DNA from: Trichinella spiralis
Taxonomy: Eukaryota
Assembly: GCF_000181795.1 (NCBI RefSeq)
Contig: NW_003526940.1
Span: 1,941,854-2,005,853 of the forward strand
Length of the DNA stretch: 64,000 bases
Reading direction: 5' to 3'
The notes under the pieces are model-generated. The model was not told the origin of the DNA and searched no databases. It saw nothing but the letters and a program-made list of their open reading frames with translations. Of the stretch, positions 37,823 through 48,900 are shown piece after piece (positions within the stretch are counted from its first letter, which is position 1; each line of letters opens with the position of its first letter). The translations under genes were made by a program, and so were the position numbers.

Positions 37823-39040
37823 ATGGAAGAAATTGATTTGGATTTTCCAAATTTGAAAAGTGAACTGGAACAAAATATTAACATCATTTACAACACGAAA
37901 GTGCAATTGAACAGCATCGATGTGACATTGATAAATCAAAAGAATGGATTTATGTCGAAGATGTTTTTAGCAAAGCTTGCTTGGCAGCAGTCTGAACTTG
38001 GCAACAGTCAGCTTCCGAAAAGTTTGATTTTGAAGGTGACAAACAGAAATAAACAATCTGATGTTATAACAAATATGGCCGAAATTATGCAAGACACACA
38101 ATTTTCTTCCACTTTTGTTGACCAAGGTCACAACTGCGAGGTGGATTTTTACCAGATGATCCATGCAAATAAGTTGACTATGGAAATTTTCCCCAAATGT
38201 TATTTAGCTCGACCAGTGATACCACCCACTGACAGGGGTATTCTGGCGTTGGAAAATTTGAACGACCGGGCTACTTTAATAGACGACATGTCGACCAGCA
38301 TGACGGTCGGTCAGTTGTTGAGCTTGTTTGAAGCGACGGCTCGTTTCCACGCTTGGTGCTTGACCACGGACGTGGATTGGATGAGTGTATTTTCAAAATA
38401 TGCCAACCGCTATATGGTAAAAAATTTTACCCAAGTGGTAAAAAATGGTCTCCACTGGTTCAAAACTGAGAAACCTGAACTGAGTGGTAATTTGAACGAG
38501 GAAATGATCGTGCAATTTTTCGAACAAAGCTCCATGGAAAAGCTGCTCAAACGAGTTCGAACTATAACGCCTGTTGTTTTGAAGCATGGTGATTTTTGGA
38601 CAAACAACATTTTCTTTCACAAACAACAGCCGGGTGGAAAAGCTGGTGACCAGCTGGCCGCAATCATAGACTGGCAACTGGCCGGACCTGGTTCTGTTAT
38701 GGAAGATTTCGTTTGTGTGCTTGCCTGGTGCACTTCATCCGTCGTCAGACGAGCAAACCAACGTATGCTAATTGATCACTATTATGATAATTTGAAAAAA
38801 TACACCAACGGCAAAGTTGAACTCCCGGAAAAGGAGGCCTTTTGGCAGGCTTATAAATTAGCTTTTCCTCTGCGTGGTCTGTTGTTGTTGTGCTTATTGA
38901 ACATTCTACTTGGAAATTTGGTCAAAATTGACACCGGCGACAATGGTCAAGCAAGAAAAGAGGAAATGATCCGTCGTGCGATTGATTGTTACAATGATTC
39001 AGTTGAATTTTTGTCAGAAATCAGTTCTGTCAACTGCTGA
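37823..39040 (+). CDS. CHK/EcKinase-like (APH/choline-kinase fold, DUF1679-type) small-molecule kinase
   Basis: 405-aa single-exon ORF with GFMSK, ILKV, HNCEVDFY, Brenner-like HGDFWTNNIFF, and IIDWQ. Confidence 0.9.
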   Translation: MEEIDLDFPNLKSELEQNINIIYNTKVQLNSIDVTLINQKNGFMSKMFLAKLAWQQSELGNSQLPKSLILKVTNRNKQSDVITNMAEIMQDTQFSSTFVDQGHNCEVDFYQMIHANKLTMEIFPKCYLARPVIPPTDRGILALENLNDRATLIDDMSTSMTVGQLLSLFEATARFHAWCLTTDVDWMSVFSKYANRYMVKNFTQVVKNGLHWFKTEKPELSGNLNEEMIVQFFEQSSMEKLLKRVRTITPVVLKHGDFWTNNIFFHKQQPGGKAGDQLAAIIDWQLAGPGSVMEDFVCVLAWCTSSVVRRANQRMLIDHYYDNLKKYTNGKVELPEKEAFWQAYKLAFPLRGLLLLCLLNILLGNLVKIDTGDNGQARKEEMIRRAIDCYNDSVEFLSEISSVNC

Positions 39041-40836
39041 CAATTCCTTATCAATTGCTCTTATTCAATATTTACCTATTTTCAAATTTAATTTAATTTA
39101 ATTTTTCTTACTATTTATAGCATCTATGTATTTCATGATGTAATTATTTACTTTTCAACGGCATTGTTCTCTGCTTGGCTGAAATGGTGTCCTCTCAAAC
39201 AAACTGCACCAATGTTTAAATTCAGCACTTCCTTCAATATTCATGGAGTTTGTAGTTGAGCAGTGAAAATCAGTGCTAGAAATTCTCTTAAATGCTTGAA
39301 AAGCAGCGGCATTTGTCGTTACTGATTAAACAACGGTTCAAATGCAATTTATGCAATTTACCTGAACGCAGAACTCTACTTTTTCAGATTAGTTTTGTTA
39401 CTGAATTTTGTGGGAGTTGCCAGTTAGATATCTTTAATAAGAAGAGCGTGTTTCCATTCCCACTTTGATAATGCAGTTTGATTGAAATTGTGGGCACTTT
39501 TTTGAGATGTTATTGCACTGTAGTTAAAATATTTTAAATAGCTTTGATTCCAAAGTGACTGCAATTTTTCTAGTCTTACATACACAACTGTTTTTATGTA
39601 AGCCATCCGTAACAGATCCTGCCAGTGAGTGTTGATCTTCAGCTTCTTCTTTATTGTGATCCTCGGTGGTTTTTCTTAGATTCCTGACATAATCACTTTT
39701 TCCTCTTTGACATTTTTTGAACTAACCAAATGTGATCACTGTGTATTGTGTTTGACAAAACTATCTGTACAGCCAAATCTGGGGTTGATGTGTTGATTTT
39801 TTTCCATTTCTTTGCTTTAACATTCTCCTATCTGATTATCATATTATACAAATAATAATGTACGACGAAATGCATTTTATTCTTTGACGCATGTGTTTGA
39901 TCATTAGTTTTCAAAAAATCACTTGATTTTTGCTTAAAATGCTTCTGAATGAATAATGGAATATTACAATTCATTTAAAATAAAGACTTATTTTATATTT
40001 ATGATATTTAAAGATAAATTTGAAAATTAACGGAAAGTTTAAAATATTGAAATATTAAATTCAAATTTAAAAACAGATCAACTTTGAAATGTGAAAATTA
40101 CTAAATAAACTGTACAATACAGCTGTATATGATATGAAAAATAGTGAAAACTTTTATTATGCAATAATGATCATTAATTGAAGCAAAATTCCATTAAATA
40201 AAAGTTAATTAATAATTAATGCCTGCTTATTTATTATACTGTAAATGAAGTTAAAAAAATTGTTTTCAATATTTTTTCACTTGTTGAAAAATCAGTAATT
40301 TGAAAAATGTCTCGACGTTTTGATTATGGCACAGTAAAAACTACTGTTGAAAAGTAAAAATTTTACTATCGTTTGCATTTTGTTGTTATACTTACTGTTA
40401 TAGTGTGATAAAAGTAATGAATTTTTTAAATAAAGCAATTTTACAATTGAGCAGCAGTGAAGAATAACGATTTTCTCTGATTTATTTTTATTTTATAAAT
40501 GAAAACAGCTTCAACTCTTTTTTTACGTGTGTAGCATGTGAAGCAGCAAACACTTATGAAATATACAATGGATATTTTTTGACATTTTTGCGTTAGCATT
40601 TTAATAATAAAGAAAATCAGGTTTTGAAATTAGTTTAAAATTTTATACAGTCTTGTTTTTATATTATTAGTTTTTGAAATTAATATTTGAATTCAATTGT
40701 GTGTTATTTATTTTGGTCTGGCTTTGAAATTTGCATCGAAAACATTTTATTGTTGCCATTTATGGTGGCAAATTATTTTTTTTTTGTTTTCTGCATGTGA
40801 GAATAAATTTATGATAAATAATTGCGTGCATTTCAG

Positions 40837-41586
40837 ATATGCACGTGTTTTTCCTCGGTCATTGCCTTCAATTAAAGTTCCAGTATCGAAGGAAAAGATA
40901 AAACTGCGTCACAAGTTTATAAAAACCGGTGAAGGTAGGTGTTACCATTTGAAAGCTGCTTTAACGTCGCTTTTCCGTGACGAACGAATTGAACTGTCCA
41001 AGTATACCGCACTGGCCGTTCGTCCGTACGCGGAACGAGTAAGCAGGGTGTTGTTTGTGATCTTGTTTTGTTGAGAAGTGAAATTTTGGATTGAAGCTAA
41101 TCCAACTGGCTATCGAATATGGTGATTGTCATAAGCCGACAATGGAAACGTGCGACTATTGGATCGAAGAGAAAGAACTGATTCACAAATTGTTCAAAGT
41201 CAAGCATATATGATAATAATAATAATAATAAATTCATTCAATTGTGTTGTAGGATTTAGTACCGAGATTTGAAAATTGCAAGTCCAGTTATACTTTGTTG
41301 CATCGATTGCCGGATAAATATGAAAAGCTGGATAACAACAACTGGAAGTTCACTGCCCCTTATATTTTAGAACTCAAAGGTGACTGTTCTTGTGTGATTG
41401 GTAATTTTTGATTGTTTTGAAAAATTTCGGTAATATTCATCAGGTAATCCATATCCACCTGTTCCGGATGGGAAGCATTTACATGAGAACAGTTTGCTGA
41501 ACGTCCTGTTAAGAGAGGCTGGAAAAAAGTTCTATTCGGAAAGACGAAAAGCGACAACTTCGACAGATTTGGATGTGCAAGCGTGA
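40837..41586 (+). CDS. mrpl-17: Mitochondrial ribosomal protein L17 (bL17m); exons 40837-41038, 41097-41198, 41253-41379, 41444-41586; first exon not resolved
   Basis: Spliced translation ..LTSLFRDERIE..RPYAER|LIQLAIEYGDCHKPTMETCDYWIEEKELIHKLFK|DLVPRF..ILELK|GNPYPP matches metazoan MRPL17 motifs. Confidence 0.88.
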
Positions 41587-42037
41587 ATTTCTTTTTTTTT
41601 GCAGAACAAAATTTGCTTTTGTTCATTTCGTGATATTTTTGCACTGTTAATAATAATAATAATAAAAGATTGTTTCATTGTTGACTTGAAAAGTTTCAAA
41701 TTCAACGTGATAAAGTTTACAATTGTCCACTTTGCATATAGATATAATGTTTGTTCAGTTGTTGAATAAATTTGCCCAGTCATACTGTTCAAACGAAGAT
41801 GAAGATTGCAAAGTAGAAATGCAAATTCAAATGATTGATACAACTGACACATTTCTTGATCAGCTTTATTTAGAAAATCAACGCAAACAAGCAAAACGAC
41901 GTGATAAAGCGAGTGTGAAAACAATATATATTTTTGCATAATTAAAAAAATACATATATATAAATAAAATATAGAACAACTTTTATACAAAGTTGCAGCA
42001 CAATCAGCCGAATACGACGGCCAATCAAGCAAGTGCA

Positions 42038-42394
42038 ATGTCGTCGAACTTGTGCTGCTGTCAAAATGGCAAAGGATGCTGCTGTTGCTGCGCACCGCCA
42101 AGGGTAGAAGAGATGATGAAAGTAAAAAAAAAAGAGAAAAACTTCCACATTTATTATTTATTCTCAATATGAATTATGATAATTTTTTTTCAATAACAAA
42201 CATATTTATTTGTACGGTTTGTTTTGTAGGCGGAAAGTGGCATTTCACGCTGTTGTACAGATCAAGCTGACAGCTGCGGATGTGGAGTGCCGAAAAGCGT
42301 ATCGTCCGCATCGAAGGAGTGTTGCAAGAACCGTCAACGTCGACAACACCAACAACAGCAACAGCAGGCGTCGTGTTGCAAACAGAATAATTGA
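42038..42394 (+). CDS. Small Cys-rich metallothionein-like peptide; exons 42038-42103 and 42230-42394 (possible N-terminal extension from 41819)
   Basis: A phase-0 GT-AG intron joins MSSNLCCCQNGKGCCCCCAPPR to AESGISRCCTDQADSCGCGVPKSVSSASKECCKNRQRRQHQQQQQQASCCKQNN*: 76 aa, 16 Cys, no F/W/Y. Confidence 0.6.
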
Positions 42395-42663
42395 TAAAAA
42401 AATTTTTTAATGGATCGATTTATAAAAAAAAATTCAATCAATATAACTTTTTCATGATTTCAATTTCATGACAATACAAATCGTGTAATTTCTAGGTATT
42501 TATTTTCAATATGGAACACGTTGAATTAAAAATGATGTAAAATTTGTCGTTCTGTTGGTGCAGAATCAGCAGCTGATGCTGCTGGAAAATTATTATTATT
42601 CATGTAAACCAAAACAAAACAACAACAACAACAACATAAATAAATAAATAAATAATACACAAA

Positions 42664-45197
42664 TTAGAGTTTCACTTTTTTGGTTGAAGTGGCTTGTCGC
42701 TTGCCGGCCGCTTTCCTCTTTTGCAACCAAATTTCGTACTTTGAATAAGCAGCATGCAGACAAGTGAACAAGGCTGTACAGAACTTGAAAATTAATTATT
42801 ATTATTGTTAATTTTTTTCATAAGAAATAAAAAACAAAACAAATAAGAAGAGTACGTCATTTTCAATTGTTGATTCCGATGCAGCGAGGCGATCGGACAA
42901 CGGTCTGAGTTTGTTTTGTTCAAATTTTCGAAGAGTTTCTACGGCAAATTGCAGCTGAACAATAATAATAAATTAGCATAATTGGCATGGAAAAGCACAG
43001 CTAACAAACAAAATTTACCTTGTTACTCGCTTCGGCTGTCAGTGGGGGAAAATTGCGCCAGAACAAGCGAAGTACTTCGGACAGGGAAAAGTGGACACTG
43101 TGCACTTCGGACAGAAGATCATCCGGGATTGCTTTATATTTGTTACGGACAAAAATTTATTATTCATCAAATCAAGCAAACACAATAAAACAAACATATA
43201 CACAAAAAAATGTGCAACCTGCATCAGCAGGCTGGACTCACTGGGTGGTAAATCGCTCTGACTTGAGCACTCGTCGCCGTCGAATGACAATCGCGTCAAC
43301 GTCGTCGACATGACAGCTTCTTCGTTGACCAGCTTAAATTAAAAGCAAAGGAAGATGATGCAAAAGGTGAATTTGCATCATTTCTCATAAACAACACGAT
43401 ACCAGTGCAGTTGGATTATTTTCTGACGATGACCAATAATTTTCACTTTCGACGACCAAATTTACCCACCGGACGGCGTCGTCGTGGTCAAAAGTGGCCG
43501 AATCGTCGGTAAAAAACGTCTGAAACTGTGAATCATTCTTCACATTCAAATGCACCCCTTCGAAAGTGTCCAATCCTGTGCCGGTCAGTTCCTCGCATTC
43601 GGCAAACTTTGGCTAAAAAACAGCACACAAATAAACGCATACTAACCTGCTGCAACTGATTGATTCATCAGGATCAGGGAAAATTGAATTTGCCAAAAAT
43701 AAAAAATAACGTTTAATTAAATTTACCAATTTTTTACTATCCACCGACGATTGGTCAGAGTTTTTCGAGTTGGACTTTGCAGAATCACTTGCAGCGACAG
43801 ATCCGTGGGACCGTATAATTTGATTGCTGTGATAATTGAGCCGTTTCACTAAAGTTGTATTTTGAAATTTCCGCTGATCCATATCTTCATCGGCAGCTAA
43901 TTCCTTTTAGAACAAAACAAACAATAATGATGAATAATTAATTCAATATGAAAATCACTACTTGAAAAGCATTTCCCTCCGGTGTTGAAACAACTGCTTG
44001 GTTTTCAACGACACTGTAGTGGATTTGCAGTTGATCATAGAAATCTTCGACAACAAATAAATAAATTAATAAATTAATAATTGCTTTCAGGCTAAAGCAA
44101 TGATATTAGAATACCTTGATTGTCAATTTTGAAACAGTCGGCAAAGAATTCCTTTATTCCAGGCGCAATTTCACGATCCCTGTGAAAATAGTGCGACTGG
44201 AAAAACAGAGTCCAAAAATCTTCTTCGGTCATTTCGCTCGGCACTAGCTGTTTGTGCTTTTCCTTGACGGTTGGATAAGTGCGAAAAATCGACTCGATTA
44301 TCTCTGTGGTCAAATTCAGCTTCATCTCGTTGTACGCATCACGTTCAGCAACGTCGCCCTGAAACGCCAAACAAATTGAAATGCCAGTAGTGTGTGTGAT
44401 TTATTGATGGAATTATCAGTATTGCAAAACTGACCAAAAATCCACCCGAAATGCCCATCTTTTGCGAATTCTGTTCTTTTTCTTCTTCTTTTTTCAATTT
44501 CTGAAAATTTTTCACTCATTAAAATTGGCAACAACAACAACAACAACTAATAATAAGTAAAACTTTAACATTGGAAGCAAAGATGAGCCAAAAGTCATCC
44601 GCTTTCAACACATCCGTTGTTACCAATTGTTCGTACAGTTTGTAAAGTTGTGGATCGTCATTCAGAATCCTGAACGAAACAAAAAGAAAACGAAAAATAA
44701 AAACCCATTTAAACAACAAACAACAATTAAACAGCTCAAATATCCAAAGCGAATCTGACTTTCGTTTCCGCTCGATTTCAGCGTTCGGCATATATTTCAA
44801 CTTGGCCAACTGCACTTGGAGCAACTGTTTCACCGATTCACGATCCTGAAGCTGCTTTTCTGCACCCATTGGATTGCAAAATTGGAAAATCACCGACGTG
44901 TCGTTGTGCAAACACAACTGAAGCTGAATTTTCGCTTTCCCGGCTGGAGATATTTTCTGAGCTGATATTTAAAAAAAATTTCACCGCTCAAACTTGCAAA
45001 CTTGGTATGAAAGTTGTAGAAATACTTCGAATTTCGTCCATTTGGAGGCATACGCAGAGTTCACGGTCAACGCTGCTGATCCAGAGAATTCGGTCTCGGA
45101 ATACGCAAAGTGAACCCATGCCGTGCTTCTTGTTCACCACGTTGTCCACTTTGATCAATACTTCATTGTCTCGTCTTTGGCTATCCGTCGATTCCAT
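42664..45197 (-). CDS. GTF2H1: General transcription factor IIH subunit 1 (p62/Tfb1), multi-exon
   Basis: N-terminal PH-like region (QKISPAGKRKIQLQL..FQF..DRESVKQLLQ), BSD domains (LYEQLV..DDFW; IFRTYPTVKEKH..VPSEMTEEDFWTLFFQSHYF), and a C-terminus AAYSKYEIW ending at TAA 42664. Confidence 0.92.
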
Positions 45198-45996
45198 TTG
45201 GCCAACGCACGCTGCAACACAACAAATTTGAAAAGCCTACGTCAAAGATTACTCTGCGCACGTTGAACGTTGTTGTTTAAACAGCGGATGAAACAATTTT
45301 CAAAATTACAATTTGAAAAACAAAAAAGCAATACCCAAAAAATTGAGCTATTCTTATGAAATAAAATTCATAACTGCTGACAAATCGCGCACGGACAAAC
45401 AGTACTTTTTAACAAATAGAACAAATTTCCATAGTAAGCATTATGATTTTCAAGTAGTAATACAGTAAGACGAAAACTGTTCAACTATCAAGTTGTCACG
45501 AATCATTCATTCTTGACTTGACATATCAACAAATCTACCCGTGTAATAATTTAACACTAGCTGTTATGTTGAATGAAAATTTTCAACAATTTTTACGATA
45601 ATTATCAAATTACCCACCCACTAGCCCACAAATCTATTTTTAATAATGTTCTCCTGCTGTAGTGATTTACTGCAATTTCATTTGCACAACAACACTGAAT
45701 TAATCGACCTCTGTTTTACTTCATCGGAGTTAAATTATTATTTGATTTTATTTGATATACATATATATATATATATTACAGTTGCGTAAAGTTTTGCGGT
45801 TGAAAATGCTCGTTGAAGTATGAAAAATAAAAGAAAAGAAGAAAAATGAATATATGAAAGAAAAGAAAAATAACTTGCAAGCGATTAAGTAAATAACAAT
45901 TCAGAAATTTCAACACACAACACACACAAAGATAAAGTAAAAAACAAAATTGAACTGAGAACAAATAGAATTTTCGGTTGTTAATGGACACACTTT

Positions 45997-48900
45997 TTAT
46001 CCATTCTGCTGCATTTCGGTAGAAATTTCTTGTCTAAAAAATAAATTGAATGCAATCGATGTGAATTGAAATTAAACGTAAAGAAGAAAATAATTACTCA
46101 ATGTCTGCCAATAGGATCCAGTCAATGTCAAAGTGTTCGGCAAAAATGTAGCTTTTCTGCGCAGGTATGCATTGCATGATGTTGAACAAAATGGTGTCCT
46201 CGTCGTCGTTATTTTCTTCTTTCATTCAAAATAGCAAATAGAATGAGCAAAAAAAATTGCAAACAATCGTAAAACAAAGCATCAATAAAAATTACCAGAT
46301 GCTTGCGGCAGCTCCATGCAAGCCATAGGCGGTATTTCGTAGTAAATCAAAGCCTGAGATAAACCTACCGGTCGATTGTTGTCAGTTTTGGGCAAAATAC
46401 CGCTCTTCATATACTCTACGATATCCTGCCTTGAAACGTCTAGAAAAGTTGAATTCAAATTTTAAAAAAAAGTGTACCAAAAAAATACAACAAATAAGTC
46501 CCACATCAGAAACAGTAATTTTGCTTACGTTTTTTCAATTCTTTCTCCAACCAAGATATACAGCGGCTGACAATCTCATAATTAGCGTTGCGATGCTTCA
46601 GAGGTTTCCTGAGAGCAGAAGCATAAAAATTCAAATATTCTTGCACCAGTTTAATTTGGTGCACGGTGTTCGAACTGATTCGACTCTATAATGAACAAAT
46701 AAAAAAAATAATAATAACGTATCGAATTTTTTCTTAGTTCAATAAAAAAACATCAAAGATCGAACAACAACAAACCGCAAGCGGAAATTCCGAAAGTTCA
46801 CGCAGCAAATGTTGCATAAGCAGTGAACGGGATTTGGTGAATGAATAGTTTTTCATATTCGCCTAGAATGTGAAATAATGGATGTAAATTTGAATGAAAC
46901 AAAAAGTAGCATTCAAACAAACCACTCCACGTTCCAAAGGACATTCGGATGAATCATCATCGGTTGACAAAGGCTCTGGAACTTCCTGAAGAGAAAGAAA
47001 CATTTTTCTGCTTTTCAACTCGACAAAACATAAAAAGATTATCAATTAATTAATTACCCAGTGATATTTGTAAGTTCGAGTAAGTGTATGTGGAAACATC
47101 TTAATTATACCATCAGAAGCAATGATCGCTCTGCAAAAACGACAAATTAAATAAACATATGCTTCTCGAGTAAACAGTGGAAAAAAAACACTAACTTTAG
47201 CTGTTTCAAGTTGCCTTTGCTTTTTTCAAAATATACGGGCATGTAACCATCCATGCTCAAAAAAACCTCGCTAACATTGTCCAAAGACGGCATTGCCAAC
47301 GGGGCGGACTGTTGAACATATTCTTCTTGTAGCTGAAATTCAATAAATTACTATTGAAATGAGTTCCATTAAAAAGAAACAAACAAACAAAGTAAAAAAA
47401 ATATTAAATGCAAAAGATCAAAACTGGAATATATTTATTATTATTATTATTAATGAATATAATAATCAGAAATGAAAATTAAATTATATTAAAATTTTTA
47501 GAAAGAGACAATAAAATTATTCTCACATCAGAATAGTAGGATACAATGCAAGGTAAAGTTTCGTTGGTCCAATAATCTTTCACTATCAAATAACGTTTTT
47601 CCAACGCTAATACATACAAGTGACGTATCACTTGAATACAATGCCTAAAACAAATTCCTCATCCATCAGATGTGGATTCAAATACAACACAACACAACAA
47701 AACACAATAAATAGTTCATTTTTATATTCTGAAATTTCAATGTATCAGTATAAGTCAGAAAAAAAATGGAAACAAACAAGCGAACAGATAAACATGAACT
47801 CACCGATTGTCAGTGTGATAAGATGGATATCTGGGATAAAATGCACAAAGCATGCAAGCAACAGAAAAATTGTCCTTCTTGAAACCATACCTTAATATGA
47901 TAAAAAAGAAAAAATAAACAAATGATTACTGAAGCGGATATTATTTTTTTCTGTCCCCCCCCTACTCACTTTCCTCCACCTAGGCATAAAATTCCGAGAA
48001 CAAGAAAACTGGGCAACGTGCATCCAATATAAGTACTCCCATCTTGTCCTTTTGCCGTGTCGGAACAAACTTCCATGGCAATATTCATAATTTCTTTGTC
48101 GCCCGTTCCGGCCAAAATCTGAAATATTGGAATTTTTTATTGTTTAATTGGAAAGAAAAGTTGAACAGCAACCAATCCAAAGCGGTTGAGTTTGCTACTA
48201 AATAAAACATCATTTACTATTATATCATTTTGAAAAAATGATGAATAATTTTGAAATTCAATGAAAAAGAACATTTTAATTAAAAGAAAATAAAAACAGC
48301 AACTGTTACCAATGCAAGTCCGACCAAAATGTTGGTGTGACAAAAATTCACCGTATATCCACCTGTGTTGACTGAAGAATAGTGTTCCAAAGTTCCACTC
48401 AATTCTCGCATGAAGTATTTCTGATCGGATTGAAAATGAGAACAGAATTAATAATTGGAAAATAAAGTTGAAAAAAAAAAGATAAACACTGTTTGCAATA
48501 ATATACCAAAGTACTGACGGCACGTTCGTCAAAGTCGGAAGCATATTTGATAGCAATTGCCAAACAGGCACCAGTAACAGCGTAGTAATATATAACAGCG
48601 TAATAGTCGTTGAATTTGCCGGTTCCAAAAGATTTTTCAACTTTCGATTTTTTCATAAAATCCTTCAAAACTTCTGGAATTTGTGATTCTACCCATTCTT
48701 TATTGGGTTCAATTCCATTCCAGTCGATTAAACTTTTGCAAAGAATGGACAATAAAGCAGCATCAGGTCGCATCTGAAATATGAAAATTAAAAGTTAAAA
48801 ATTGAAATTTAATTAAATAAATTCAACTTACATATGTCAATTTGACCAGTATATTGGGAAGTTTCAAATTTTCCATTACCATGAAATTCGAAGTTTTCAA

